Assembly: GCA_036172245.1 (NCBI GenBank)
Contig: JAYWIR010000008.1
Location: 4,774,001-4,838,000, forward strand
From: Raillietiella orientalis
Lineage: Eukaryota
DNA: 64,000 bases
Reading direction: 5' to 3'
Shown here: in pieces, positions 23,872 to 37,899 of the stretch
Position numbering within the stretch: position 1 is the stretch's first letter
How the letters are laid out: each line of letters opens with the position of its first letter
Notes under the pieces: generated by a model
Told to the model about the DNA's origin: nothing
Seen by the model: only the letters and a program-made list of their open reading frames with translations
The model's database searches: none
Translations under genes and position numbers: made by a program

Positions 23872-25399
23872 GGCGCCCCGGAATGGTCCCTTCATCTCTA
23901 GGAGGTGGGGCGTAGTACCCTGCATAGCGGCTTTCTGCGGGTCGCTCCCGGAGGGGGTCGGCAGGTCCCGATCGCTTGCGCCTCCCTCTGGAAGAAGTCT
24001 CGGGTATCCCAAGGACAAGAGACGCCCCTTCTCCCTCCGCTGCCACGGCAATCTGGAGCCCCTCCAGCAGGGACAATCCTCCTGCAGCCCCGGGACGACG
24101 CTCCGAACCCTCTCTGCGGGAGCAAGAAGATCCCCAGGAGGGTGGGGAAAAAAAAGCGTAAAGGAGGGTCTCGCCGTCGTCGTCCGGGGTCCACAAATTC
24201 GCCCTTCCCGGAAGGGTGGGAGGGTAGGGCAGCTCTCCCTCCGGCAGTGATGCTCACGGAGAGGAAGGCCTGAGGCGGCCGGTGTCCACGGCGCAGCGGC
24301 CGGGCGCCGCTGTGCGCAGGATCCACTGCGCAGTTCGCCCGGTCGCAGCCGTGTCGGGGCCGACGACCACGGCGCGCACGCTGAGATCAGCACTCGTCTG
24401 CGTGATCGCCCACGCTCTGCGCACCATTGCCCGGGAAACCGGTAACCCCCTCCCCCTTTCCTTCCCTGGTGCTCCGGCGAGGCCCCGCCGCCATCCCCCT
24501 CGCCGAGGCGGCTGAGGGCGGGGAGAGGCGCTCCTCCCCCTCCTCCTCCTTTGAAAACCCCTCTCGGGGAGGGAAGCGCCGGCCGCCGCTGCTCGCACGC
24601 GAACCGGAGCGAGAGGAATCGAGAGAGGAGGAGGGAGGAGAACGAGGCTGGCTTAGCGCATCTCCCCCTTTCCCCTTCTCCCCTCCGTCCTGTTCCGGGG
24701 AACTGCGGGTGGCGGCGGGGGCCCATGTAGAAGTGACGTCAGCATGCGATGACGTTTCCCGCTCCTGCAACGGTACGCCGGGAGATTCCCGGTGGCGTCT
24801 GCAGCTTGCATGTCTCTGCACCCCCTTGCGCGATGCCATTGGCTCGGGCCATGCCTGTCTCTCCCCCCCTCCGCATCTGCTTTTTCCTCCAAGCTATTTT
24901 TAGACATTTCATCCAGACGCGCGCCGCTGCACGGCGGAAGCGCCGTCGCCTTGCGCGCGCACGCGCGACAAGCGGCGGTGCTTCCGCCGTGTGGGGGGAG
25001 AGGGGGGGAGGGAGAGAGAGAGGGAAAAAAAAGAAAGCAAAAAAAAGAAACTCTACGATCGAGGGCGCCCTCTGCTTCTGCAGAGGGCGCGCGCGCGCTG
25101 CTCCCTCGGGCCGCCGCCGCCGCCGGCCCTGTGACGTGCCTCGTTCGCGCGCGTTCCTCTCCGCACGCCACTTTTCGGCAGCCCACGGAGAGGTGGCCTG
25201 GCCGAAGTTGGCGCTTCAGCGGGCGTGCCAAGTGCTCCTTCCGTATCCTGACCGCTCCTCCCGCCTTTCCCGTCTCAGCACTGGAGCCGCTCGCCGGTCC
25301 CTTTCCTCCCGAGACATAGGAGGCGCGTGGGCGACCTCTCCTGGACTTTTGTATGCCTCCTCTTCGGGAATGGGGAAGGGAGAGAAGGGGAAGAGACAT

Positions 25400-27400
25400 G
25401 GCGAGGAGACGACGGCGCTGGCACTGCACTGACCCCACCTTCTCCGTCTCCCCTCTACTCCCCCAGGAAGGTCACGCGCGCGCCTTTGCCGTGCCAGTGG
25501 ACGACCCTCGGGAACAAGGCGGGGATGGAACCTGCACTCCCGTCGGTGCATCTCCACGAGCGTCCCGGGTGCAGACTGCCTCGGGCAGCCGAGAGAGAAG
25601 AGGGAGAAGAAGACCCTAGACCTTCCGGACTTGCTCTCGGGTGACGAAGGGTCCCCGCTTCGCCCTTTCCCTCTCCCCCATGCCCCTCGCGACAGCGGCT
25701 TCGCGCCACCGCGGGGAAGCTTGTCGCCAAGACTGCAGGTCCGAGAGAACGGATAGCGGATCACCGCAGGCGCCCCGATGACCCCGGAGGAGCGCCAGGG
25801 AACGAGAAGCCGAGAGGGTCCCGGGAGCTCTCTAGCGAACGAGGAGGGGCAGGGAGAGAAAGGACGGAGGCAAGGAAACGGTCCCTTCCCCTTCATTCCT
25901 GCTCCTCTTTCGCCTGTCCGCATGTCTGCATGGGTGCGCATGCCCGGGCATGGAAGGGGGACGACCCAAGAGTATTGCTCCTCCCCTGCGAGAGGCAGGC
26001 CCTCAAGACGTTGACCGAGAGACCACCCGACGGGACTCTTCATAAGGTGAGAGGACGACGTCCCATCCCTTCCCCTGCACTGGAGGTGTGGAGCGCTGAC
26101 GACGACACCCGCGCTGGAGGACACCACTGGACCTGTTGACCCCCCTCCTGGAGAAGGCCGGTCGCGTCCCAAGCGAAGAAAGACCGCGCCTACGGCGACC
26201 CAGTGACCTCGGCGGCTTTCAGCAGGACAGGGCGGGCCCTACCCCTTTCCCTGCCCTCGAAGGGCTTCTGTCAAGTCGCTGAACGAATGAGGACTCGAGA
26301 GTCGTTTCCAGGCAACGGACTCCCGTTTCCGCGTTCCTGTTGGCCGCTTCCTCAGTCCCGCCCGTCTCTCCCTGAAGGCTTCAACAGAAGGACAGTTCAA
26401 TGGCCAACTGCTGGTTCCTCTGGACCTCGCCGTTCCCCCCCCCCTCCTCCATGCCTTGCCTCCCGGTATGGCTCTGCATTCACGAGTGCACCACGAGGGG
26501 GACTGGGCGCCGAGCAGCTGCGCCTGCCCGGAGGCGCTTGGGTTCGTGCGTCCAGGGAGGTCAGAGCGCGGGACCCGTTCTTGACCTCCCTGGACTTCCT
26601 GAACCCCTCCGGAGGCGCATGATGACCCCCGAATGCACCGTAGTCCGACTCCATGGCGGGTCGCCTTCCCTCTTCCCACCTCGTTCGACGATCCCAGCGA
26701 CGAAAGGGGGAGCACCCCTCCCTTGATACCCGGGACCGCCACCTCCTTCTCTATGCACCTCATCCAGGAAGAGGCGGCTCTCCCGTTTAGCTAACCTCCA
26801 CCTGTACCCGCCGAGGCTGCTCCACGCTGGGCCTCGGTGGCGTCAGGGCAGGTCAGCTACGTCGGGTTTCTCTCGCTCCCGCTCCTCCGGGGTTTCGGCC
26901 CCGCGGCCTTTGTCATCACTCCTGCGGCCACCATCAGGAGGAGCTGGGTCTTCCCACACGGTAGCGTGCTCAGAAGGATCTCTGAGATCGCTCCTTCCTC
27001 TTGGGCTCCTCCCGCCCTTGCCTGGGACTCCACAGACGAAGGTGACCCGAAGGGGAGCTCCTCGCTCGGGCTGAGCAAGCGGTCCTCCCTTCCGGGTTTC
27101 CCCTTGGAAGGAAGGTGGAGGGAAGGAGGTTCCAGGTAAAGCCGGAAAGAGTTCCCAGGGTGGAAGTAGGCTGCCTCGGTAAAGGGCAGGCTTTCCCAGA
27201 GTTAGCAGAGGTAGTGAGGACGCTGCCTGTCCCAGATGGACGGGAACGGCAAGGCGCAATGGGAGCCCTGCTCTTCCTCCTGACCTGTCTGGAGGGTCTC
27301 CCCGATATACCACAGCAGACACCTCTCTTCCCCTCCCCCATCCCCGGTTGTTTCCTGGCAGCGCCGCCGCCATGCCTCTCTGCATTTTCCCCCTTCATCC
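25400..27400 (+). mobile_element. Decayed L1/Tx1-like retrotransposon fragment (endonuclease region)
   Basis: WTTLGNKAGM (cf. WS..S.GVAIL), GAPMTPEERQ (cf. YAPN...ER) and MSAWVRMPG (cf. L.DAWR..HP) occur in EN order. Confidence 0.4.
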
Positions 27401-28499
27401 CCCTCTCCGCGGCGGGCGGTGTGTCATTCCCAGCGTCCCCGACCTACCGACAGCCGCGCGGATTGCTGGCGAGGGCGGCAGTGACGTCTCGAAACACGTA
27501 GCTGATGCGCTCGTGACGACGAGCTACGCCGCATCTCCCCAGATAACTCAGCCACTGTCGCGCCCCCTCCGTCCCCTTCTCTTCCGAGGTGAGGAAAGGC
27601 GGCGGGGAGTCGCTGCAGCAAGGCGCCCCAAGCGCCCTCCCGTTTTGACGTTTCCCTCGAGGTGCTCCTGCTACCCTCCATCGCCCAGCGCTCTCCCGTG
27701 AAGAGCGTCCCTGGGTATCGGAGAGGCCAAGGCGGGGGAGCAAAGTCTCTCGAGTGGACCTGGCGTGGGATGAAGCGGTTAAGATGCCCCAACGCCTCCG
27801 CGATCGCATTGGCACCGAAGATGGACTTTGGGGGGGGGGGGGTAGAGGGGGGAAGAGACATCTTTCACCGAGGATCCGTCCCAGCTGAGATGCTCCTCTT
27901 TCCACGTGGGGTAAAAGGTGCACCTCCATCCTCAGCGCGTGCGGGCTCAACTTCCCGCCGCTACCGACGTGTCCCGGAGCGCCACCGCGACCGGCAGCAG
28001 CGCCCAAGCGTGGGGGCCGATGTGTAGATCGAGACACTTTGCTCCCCCTCCCTCAAGAAAAACTCCGGGAAATCCTCTCCCTCCCTCTCTATCTCTCCTT
28101 GCCCTCCCTCTTTCCGCCGGAGTCGCGCGCTCTCCTTTGAAGATTTCCATCGCAGATCCAAAGCGGCCTCCGCCGTCGCGTTTATCACAAAGAAACATCG
28201 GGGAGAGCAAGGAGTGCAGCCCTTTCGTTGCCGCAGGCGCCGCCTCTGCTCTCCCCCCTTTTCCGCTCAATGAAACTGCCCCAAGAGGGAGCCTGCGCTT
28301 CCCGTGAATTCCTCAGCGCGTTTGAGGGGTGGTGTGCGAGCGAGGAGGCTCGTGAGCGTCTCCCTCTTCCACGAGAGCACGAGAGGCTCTTGCTGGCCCG
28401 AGCAGCCACCGAGAACAGAGGAGGGTGAGGGGGGAAGGCGAGCCAAAAGGAAAGAAAAGGGAATGAACGAGGGGGGGGGGGGCATGGGATGTTTCCGTT

Positions 28500-31100
28500 C
28501 CCGCAACTCCACTTGCCAAGAATGCGCGCCGTTCCGGACGGTGGAGCGGCGCGAGACCGACGGGACGGGAAGCGGAGGGGAACTGCCGACGGCACATCGA
28601 AGGCTGGGAGAAGGGGGAGTCCCGCTGTTGCCGATCAGTCTCGGGAAACCGTCGGAGGTTCCAGAGGCCGCATTCCTCCTCGTGTTCCTGAGGGAGTCTC
28701 TCCCCGGGGCGGATGCGTCGGAACGAGTTCCATCCGCACAGTTTGGAGTTCTCCATCGCAGATTCTCCAGATGAAGCGCCTTCTCCGAGGACTCTGCGGA
28801 GCGCTGCCTCTGAAAGATCATTCTTCGTCTTCTCTGCGAAGTCTCAATTGCGTGCGCACGCGTGCTTCTCTCACCAGAGCTCGTAATTGTCGCTGGTTTC
28901 TCCAGGCAACCGGTGCTCATCCGAGGATGGTTCCGATAGCAGGAGAGGTCAGGACTCCAGCCGAATCGGCAGGATTCTCTCTCTCCCCCTCTCATTAGCA
29001 ACAGGAAGAAGAAGAAGAAGAAGAAAAAAGGCTGGTCGCTGAGATGAAAGGCAAGTAGAGGGCTGGAGGAAGAGGCGTGCTCGCGGTCCCTGCAGTCAAC
29101 ATAGCAAGTGTCGACGCGCCAGTGACGTGTTCCAGAGAAATCACACGCGGCTCCTATTCCGCGCGTCTTTGGCTTTGGCCGCATTCCCGTGAGCTCCAGG
29201 TCTCCCGAGAGGGATGAGCAGGCTCGCTGGCTGCTGCGCTCTTGCGGGCGTCTGCGAACCTAAAACGGATCTCCGCAGCCTCTCTTCCTCCCTCTCCCTT
29301 CGCAGAATCAGTGACTTTGCTGATAAAGGAGCACGTCTACGTGCCTCCGAGATGTATGCGCCGCCGTCGACCGAGGGCGGATGCTCTTTAACGGGCTGCA
29401 GCTGCTGCCCTCTTCTCGCTTCAGGGGAAGATAAGTACGCCAACGACAGAGGGGGAACTTGTTCCATGGGGTAGCTTCTCTCATCCACACCCCAGTGTGG
29501 TCCCTCGCTCCGTGCGCTGGCTCAGACACGCGGACCGCTAGCAGACTCTCCAAAGAGAATATTTGGGCACCACTCCTTAATACCCTGCCATCCCCCTCTT
29601 CCAGAATGATCTGCGGCCCAATCCTCTCTCCCCTCTACTCTGCTGCTGCCTTCGTTCGTCTTCCGCTCCACTTCCTTGCTTTCTGGATCTACCCACCCCT
29701 CCCGTTGAGAGTTTCTTGCTGTGCGCCCTAGGAGGAGTCGCTCTCCCAAAAGAGTCTGGATGTGAAGGAGTTCCGACCGGGGAACAATCCCCTCTCTCGG
29801 AAGAGGGGAGGTGGCTCGGAAGGGGGGAAGCCGTAGGCAAGGGGTCCCCTTGCCTACGGCTTCCCGCAGACCCGCCACCTCCTGCACCCTGACCCCTCCC
29901 GCATCCACAGTCTGGGACGGGGCCGATAGAGAGGGCGCAGGAATGGGAGGAGAGGAGAGGGAGAGAAGGAGAAAGACGCCGTTCGTGTGAGATGGCGTCG
30001 TCGGGGTAATGGGAAACTTTCCTGGAAGCTCGAGCTTCCCCGGAAGTGGAAAGCATCCGACCCCGATCGTTTACCCCTAGCAGCGCGAGAAGGTGACAGC
30101 GGAAGAGGTCGCTCCGGAGGGAGGGAAGGGGACGCAGCCAGAGAGCCCTTTTCGCCCCTGCCTTCCCGCGAAAGAGCGGCTGTGGCTGGCAGACGTGACC
30201 ATCGCTCTGAGGAGGTGGCGCCCCCACCCGTCCCCGGGGGGTGCCGCTCGGTGTAGCTTCCTGTGGCCGCCTTAGAAAATAGGGCATTTGCTGCAGGATG
30301 ACGCGCAAGCTCCTCCCCGGGCGAGGGACGAGGGGCTCTGAAATCAGTAGCTCTTCGCTCTCCCCCACGCATGTGCGGGCCCGCACGAGGAGAAGGGTGG
30401 GCGTCCGGCTCCCTCACCGTCTCCTGCTGGGACTCCACGGAGGATGGGGCAGGAGAGTAGGGAGGGACTAGCTGCCGACGCGAAACGTCTCCAGGCAACC
30501 CGCGGCTAGCTTGCTGTCGCGCCACGCGGCGACGGCGACGGCGACGTTAGGAGAGAACCACACAAGCCGAGGGAGCTCCTCTCAAGTTGCCGCTATCGTT
30601 CTCGCGGTCGGGCGAGCCGTGACGTCACTCGCGATGGCGGTTGCAGCCGCCGCCGTCCCCCCCTCCCTCTCCGCCAGCTCTGTACGCGCCGCCGCCACCA
30701 GTGCCCTCTCAGGGTTCTTCCTCCTTTCCTTCAGGAGCTCCCCTCCACCCCGCGTCCCCGGAAGTGGCAACCCTGACGCCGCAGCAGGTGCCCCGCTTCC
30801 AGGGACCCAGCAGCTCGTGGACCACGTGGCTCCCGCGTGACGCTCGGCGACGCTGCTCAGGGAGCGGCAACTCCGTTCGGCCCCTTGGCAATGGAGGCCG
30901 GGTGCCGCTCGGATCCGGGACCAGGGGGGTGTGTGTCAACGGCGGGGTGGGTGCCGGTCGTGACCATCCCTCCTGCATTGCGTATATCGCCCCGGGCCGT
31001 GGAGGAGACCTCAACACCATCTCACGGGGGAGATTCGAAGTGCTACCGCCGCCTCTTTTTCGCGTTCCGTTCCCTCGGCCCCCTCCCGAGACGGGGTGTC
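28500..31100 (-). mobile_element. Decayed, internally deleted L1/Tx1-like retrotransposon
   Basis: ORF1 knuckle-like PGRYTQCRRDGH (~30975), EN-like VPRPGRSLRVIL (~30315) and zf-RVT-like RRFIWRICDGELQT (~28760), in the expected order. Confidence 0.45.
29005..29025 (+). repeat. (GAA)7 microsatellite
   Basis: Read directly from the sequence. Confidence 0.95.
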
Positions 31101-31703
31101 TCCGATCCCCGCCTAGCGACGTGTTATCCCCCCCCTCCCCCGCCGCCGCCGGTACGGCGCGCGTCTGCGCCGGGAACGAAGGGGGCTGCAGCTTCTGCGA
31201 GTGAGCTGCGATCGATCCTCGCGCCGCCTTGCGGAGCGCAGCCTCCCAGCCATCTCAGCCCGAGAGCGCCCAAGCAGCCCGGGAGGGGAGCGAATGAACG
31301 AGAACGCGCACGCGCGAGCTGCCGAGCGTTCTCGGTTTTTCAGTTTCGTTCGGGATTCCTTCCCTCTCTCTCCCCCGCTATCTCTGCCTCTCTCCTTCCT
31401 TTCGCTGCAATCAGTCAGTCTGGATTTGGGTAGCAGAGAACAAATCGCCCTCGTAACCAAGCAACGGCGGCCAGAGCACCACCACGCATCACTCGCGACA
31501 GCGAGTTGGGATTCGAACGGAAGCGCCAGCGCGAGAGGAGGAAATGGGGAGAGGAAAGCGACATCTTTTGGCACGTCATGTCCGCCGCCATCTTCGTCCC
31601 CCAAAGCTTCTCGGTGACGTCGCACCACCCCTCAAATTCGTTTCTCTCCAGGAACGGGGCGAGAAACGGTGACGTCAATTCAAAAGAAAAAGGAAAAGGG
31701 GAT

Positions 31704-31726
31704 AAAAAAAAAAAAAAAAAAAAAAA
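31704..31726 (+). repeat. A23 homopolymer
   Basis: Read directly. Similar runs occur at 310-326 (A17) and 12477-12497 (A21). Confidence 0.9.
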
Positions 31727-32197
31727 CAGCGGAAGAGGAGATTCCATTGCCGCGCACCACCTGAACGCGCCTCCGGACGCGTAGGTCCAACGCCTAGGTC
31801 ACTACGTTCGCAGTTGCCGCAAGCTGGCGATCCTGCGAGCGGAACCCGATTGGTGAGACGGGGCGCGTTTTGTATTCCCCCCACTCCTACGGGCCGGGAC
31901 TCTTCCGCCAGCAGGCCCTTCGAAAAGTGAATGCTCGGAGTCGCCGCCACACCCGATCGATGATCCCGGAGCCGCCGTTCCCCTCCTCACGAGCGGCAAG
32001 AACTAATTCCGCAAGTTTCCCCCCATCCCCGCAATGATTAAGTGGAGGCAGCGGCGGCACCGCTGCGCGAAGCGGATTGCGTCACGGCGGTTCGTGCGCG
32101 CGCATGCGCTCCACAGCTGCCCCCCCCCCCCCCCTCCCGACGGAGATTTCACTTTCGTCTCGGGAAGCGCCTTCCTGCCGAACCGTCAGGAGCGCGG

Positions 32198-32218
32198 CTG
32201 CTGCTGCTGCTGCTGCTG
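32198..32218 (+). repeat. (CTG)7 microsatellite
   Basis: Read directly from the sequence. Confidence 0.95.
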
Positions 32219-32779
32219 CGGACGGGAGCGGAGCTTCCTTCGAGCCCTACACCGCACGCGTGCCGTGGTAGGGAAATGCACGCGCTGAGTGAACCGCCGA
32301 GATAGCAGGTCCTGCTTGTCGTCACATCGCACAACCCCCCCCTCCCTCCTGGCCCAAGGCGGGGGGGGGCAGCAAGGTCATTGCATCCCGGCGACCTTGC
32401 TTCCCTTCTCGGAAAAGCGAACGACCCGCCCGCCCTGCAGGTGACCCGAGGAATGCGGAGCCGCGTCCATCCACATCCTTCTGAAGGAAACATCTCGTGC
32501 TCTCTGGAGAGCCCAGAAGCGTTCGGAGAGCGTGGAACGCCCTTCCGGGGACTTCCTCGATCCATGCCTTCTCCCAAGCCCTTGCTGGTTCACCCATGCT
32601 GCGCAACTCGACTTTCTAGGCGGGGATGAGCCCCCAGCTGGGGCCGCGGCTTCCATCCTGCGGGATCCCATCTCTTCCTTTTCTGGTGTGCTAGAAGGAC
32701 CCCCTCGAGGAACTCCGACCCCCGTCTTTTTGCCACGGGAAGTCTGTCCTGGGGCTGCAGGACGAGCGGTTCCGTCGCG

Positions 32780-33150
32780 GTTCCTGGTAGCCGAGGCGGC
32801 GCGAAAGCTTCCGTACTCCGCTAAGAGATGGCGCTGCTTGTCCCTCTCGCAAGGAGAAGCCGCTCTCCCCTCGCTTCCGAAATTTAGGCAGTCAAGTGAA
32901 GCCGCATTTCCTCTGAAGCTCAAGACCGAAGGGCTGCATGGGTCCTCGGGGGTGCTGCATTGCCCCCCGCTGCTGTCCTCGAGAAACGCAGAGGCGGTGG
33001 AGTCCACGTTTTCCTGGAGAACGAGAGCATGGTAGATTCCGTAAATTGTTCCTCTCAGGCTGCTAGGAATATGCTGACAACCCGAGCGGTAAAGAGAGAA
33101 CGCATCTCTTCCCATGAGGAGTCGGACTAGGGGATGGAGGTTGAAGCCCA
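32780..33150 (-). mobile_element. L1/Tx1-like ORF2 C-terminal (zf-RVT) remnant
   Basis: IPSSLRGTIYGIYHAL...SPCERDKQRHLLAE resembles the zf-RVT pattern IP.K.R...W...H.LP...C..C...ET..HL..EC. Confidence 0.4.
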
Positions 33151-33899
33151 ATTCTCCCTTTGCTTCAGCTGCCCCGAGAGGATTATACGGGGAAGCGACG
33201 CCTCGTGACTGCTAGCGGATAGCACCTGAGCGTCGCGTAGCAACCCGCACTTCGGTTCCTCAGGAAAACTTCAACTCAGAAGGGCGACCCCCCTTTCTCC
33301 GCTCCTTTCCCCGACTGAGATTACCCAGGGAACCTCATCCTGGACGAGAGAGGGGGGGAGACATCCTAACGCTCGGAGACCGCGGCGGAGGAAGATGGGT
33401 CATGGAGGAGGTCAAGTGGAGTGGAACCCCCCGAGCTGAGGGAAACAGGGTGTGGAGCCTCCCCATGAGATGTGTGCGTTGAGCGTGAATCGGGGAAAAT
33501 TGGGGACTGGGCAAAGGGCACTGGACTAAGGGGAGGACGGTGGTGGGCGGAAGGGACACGTGCAACTGGGCTCAGGTAGGAGGACGGAGGGGAGGAAGAG
33601 AAGAGGTAGATGAAGGACGTGTGTGGACTCCTATTCAGAGGCTTCCCCGACCACCTCTTCGCCTAAGCGCGTAACGTGCGTGCGGGCGTCTCTTCCGCTG
33701 CAAACGAGGGAAGGGGGAGGACAGAGGAAACGAAAATGGCGGTGGATTTCTCTCGACCCCTTGGTCCCCTGCACCCCTCTTTCTTCCTCTCGTACTCATG
33801 ACAACGTGTCGGAGGAAGGAGGAGGAGGAGAGGGTCTTCGGCGGTGCCTCTTTAGGGTGGAGCGGCTGCAAGAGACCTGAAGTCGGAGGGTAGAGAGGT

Positions 33900-36100
33900 C
33901 GTGCAGCGACAGGGGAGGGGGGCAGGAGACTTCTTCTGCTTTGGCTTTTCTTCCCCGACGAGGAGCCAAAAGGAGGGAGGAGGATGCTGGGAAGGGAATT
34001 GCAAGGAGCTGGTGGAAACCGCACCCTGCGACAATGCCCCCGACTCCCCGCGAAAGCGGGATGCTCGTCCCGGGACTAGGAGGGGACCCCTGGAAAGAGG
34101 GTCGCCTTCCCTCTACCCAGACAAAGGACCCCCTACTTCGCAAGCTCTTCGCGTTTCGCACGAGTGCGGAGCGTCCAGCCTGAGACGGAGGGGTCATGAG
34201 TTGACTTCTCCGTCGTCGGGACCGACCTCTCCCTTCTTTGGGCCTCCACGACGCGCCCACAGGCGGGTCCAAACAGGCGGACCCAACATCCCCGTTGCCG
34301 TCTCCCCTTCAGCCTCCCCCTGGGAGTGCCGGAAGAGCGGAAGCGAAGCCTTACGGAAGACCGTCGCTAAAAAGGTCACTCCAGAGCGGCCGAAGCCTCG
34401 GGCGTCACCTGACCTCGAGACTCTACTTCCCTGGGATGGCGCTTGGTTCCTATTCGGCTCTGCGCACCCCTTCCACCGCCTCCCATCCACTATCTCCTTC
34501 CACGCCTCCTGCCTTCCTCCCCTTCGTCTGAAGCCCCCTGCCTATCCCCCGGGAGGAAGCCAAACATCCTCCGTATCAACAGGGGCGACAGCGCCGCTCC
34601 CGCCCAGCGAACCCGGACGCTGCCTCAGCATCCCACATCCTGTTCTCCCGTTGGCCCTCTCTACCAGCTCCCGCCCACCGTCTCCCTCGAGCGCAAGGCT
34701 AAAAGATCCCTCAAAGACTCCACCCTAGCAACCGTCCCCTTAGACACGGCACTGGGGTGTGCCAGAATGACCCCGAGGCAAAGTTGAAGGTCATTCACCT
34801 CCGTGGCTGGCGACTGTCTTCTAGGGGAAACGCCGGGGAGGAGGATCAGTCTCATGTCAGCTTTCGTCCCTTTCCACTGGGAGAGCCTACGCACGCATCC
34901 CTCTGTTCCCTTTCACCCGCAGCTTCCGACCGAGAGAGCCCTTTGCTCCTAGCCCATTCGTAGACGTCTTCCTTCCTTTCGGTCATCGCCTGCAGGAGGG
35001 AGATGACCAAAAGGGACGGGGGAGAGTAGGATGGAACGAAGGTAGCAGTGGGGACAGGGATGAGAAAGAGGAGAAGCAGGATAGGTAAGGGTGGACACCG
35101 GGCTTTCTACCGACGGTCGGGGGTCGCACCGTTTCCGCTTCCTGCGAGAAAAAGGGAGGGAAGGGCAGCCATGCAGAGGGCGCCATGCAAAGGGGATTTG
35201 GGGATACACTAGAGCGCTTGGAAGGACCAAATCCCCTCTCCAGTTGCGCCAGAAAAAACACCTTGGAGATCATGGGTCGAGAGCTTCTTTGAGGGATGAT
35301 GCGAAGGCGCACCAAACAAACCACCTGCAGGGAGGAAAAGTCGCGTGACCAGTAGAGTCGCCGTTCGCCGACGACCACCCGGGCGAAACTGTTAGGGTGG
35401 GCCAATCGAGCGCACCACCGCTCCAGCACGCTCACGTTTCAGGGAGCCACCGCAATTCGCTCCAAGCAAAACTACTCCCCGAGAGAGCGCACACTCACGT
35501 TGCGTGCGAAGCGGAGATCCGCCTGCACTAGCTCACTTCGTCCGCACTCGAGGTCCGGGAACCCCGGGGTCTCTGTAAGTGGGATGAGCACAGGATCGCC
35601 GAAGGCACCTCGTGGCACCTGTCGAGCGACCATCTCGAACAGCTCCACGCAGCTGCCCCTGTCCACGAGGACGGATCCCCCAAAACAATCAGACACACAC
35701 AGCCCACCAATGAGCATCGCGGCCAACGGGCGGGAAGAGCGGCGCCCGTGCGGATCCTGGCGTCACCCACCCTTTCCGGGCTCCAACAGGAAGCACTACG
35801 AAGCGTGTCGCCTCTTCTGGTGCCACGCAAGACTACAAGGAAGGAGCGCCACCACGCACCCTCCTCGCCACCGCGGCTGCGCACGGCCGGCGGCCGCTTC
35901 GGCAGCGCATCCCTGTGCTTCTTCCGCCCACCCAGGCGCATTTTCAGACTCGTCCGCGGGCAACCTCCTCGTCTCCGCTGGAAGGCGGGAGACCTCTGGC
36001 GGGACGAAGAGGGCCCACGAACAGGCGACGACCGGACGACGCGCACTCCGAGGAAGAGAGCGCGACGCTGAAGCGACGCCCGTGAGCGAGGGAAGCCCGA
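33900..36100 (+). mobile_element. Decayed L1/Tx1-like retrotransposon
   Basis: ORF1-like LERGSPSL..ALRVSHECG..RRRGHE (34090-34200); post-EN RHAKGIWG (cf. RG.G.WK, ~35190). Confidence 0.4.
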
Positions 36101-37899
36101 GCGCCACCATTGACCTGGCGCGCTCAGCGGTGGCACCCGCCAGGGCTGCCAGCAACCGTCGCAGTCCCGCGCGCCCTTCTTCCGCATGCCGGGAAAAAAA
36201 GGACGCGGTGCGCTGAACTCGCTGGCGGCACGACAGTCACCGCGTGGTGCCCCACCCGTGCGCGGCATCCTCGAGTTGACTCTGCGAGCTGCCGACCTCG
36301 GACTGACTCTTCTTTAGCGCTGATCCCACCCAGAAGGGAAAGAGGATGTTCCCAGCACCCATTGGCATTCCCTCCCGCGTTCCCTCGCCTTGGGAGATCT
36401 CCCCGAACTCGGCCACCTCCCGAAGGGCAAACAGCAGAGGTGCACCTCTTCCTCGGGACATCTGCCCGCCTCTCGATCTCCTCTCCTTCCTTCACCGGTC
36501 ACCAGCAGCCCCTCATGGCTCCCTGATATCGGCAGACATTCTTCTCTCCCCGCAACCCCGCAGACTTCGCGCCTCCGCCTCCGCTTCGGATGCCATCGCC
36601 TCTCCTGTGAGCAGCGACTCGGGACGGCAGCGACGGCTGACCGGCCTGCGCGTGGCGGAACGCGCAGCCAGGAGCGTCTCCTTCTGTCCCGGAGGAGTGT
36701 TCGGCGACGGGGATGGAGGACTCCCCTCGCGTCGGCGCACATGAGGACCTTGGCGCGTCCGGCGTGGACCCGACGTGTTCTTGCGCCACTTTCGATCGGC
36801 ATCGGTCGGGCACGTTGCGGGCACGGGGCCAGCGGTAGCGCCAGCGGAGAGCTCGTTCCGCATGCTGCGTCCTTCCCCGTGGCGTACCGCTTCCACACGC
36901 GCGACAAGGGAGGCGCGAGAAGAGGGAGGGAGGCGTTTTCCTTGGGAACGACTTTTTTCTTGTGTGTGGACGGCGACCCTTCCTGGCCTTTCAGCGGATA
37001 AGTGCGAGGCGGGGTGGTTGTCTGCGGGGCAGGCGCGCTGTCGTTCGCCCAGGTTCCGGCCTTTGGAGCCCATCGCCGGCACCCCAAATGCGCGCCCACC
37101 CTGTCGGAGGTCCCCGGCGCAACGCTCGACTTCCCGGATGTCCCTGGAGGCGAATGGGGGGAAAGGTAGCCGCTCCTTCGCAGCATTGGGGTGTGCGCGT
37201 GCCGTGGTCCTCTCCCGCCGTCACTTGTGGAAGGGCAGCTTTTCCGGTGCGTCCGTCGCACCGCCTGCAGCGTCCCGCAAGCAGGGAAAGAGCAGCGCCG
37301 TCTCCTACGGGAGGGCAACTTTTACCCCGCTCCTTTCAGGCTGCAGTCCTCGTGGGCGCCTCCGGACGAGCGGGAGCCGCGGCATCGCCCCTTCGGCGGC
37401 GGCTGACCTTCGCCTGACAGTCCGGATGGCGCTGCTGATGCTGGCACCCTCTGCGATGCCCGGGCATCCGAGATCATCTGCGCCCTTCTCCTCGCTGCCG
37501 CCTCCGCATCTCTCGGCAGTCAGGCAGACAGGCAGGCGGGTGGTGCGCGAGAGAAGCGAAGAGCGGACACGTCTCCTTGAAGACCGAGCAGTGGGATCAG
37601 TTCACTCGCTGGGCCCTTTCTTCCCCTCCCTTCGCCCCCAATCCGGCGTTCCCCGGTACGCCCCCGCTTTTCGGCCGGTCGGCTTTTTTCTTCCCTCGTG
37701 GAAGGGTCGCGGGAAGAGGAAGGGCGAGGAGGAGGCGGTGACCCTCGATCCGCTCTCAGAGAGGCCTGCACGAAGGGTGGGGATGGGTTGGTGCGGCGCT
37801 TCCCTGCTTCGCTCCCCTGGACCCGTTGGCCAATCGCCAGCTTCCGCGCTCCCAAGCAGCGAGGGTCGGAGCAGCCGCAGCCGCTCTCCCTCTGCCTGC

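Noticed and set aside
20446..26172. Many overlapping 200-375 aa ORFs on both strands
   Set aside because: Low-complexity, GC-driven open frames without splice or homology support.
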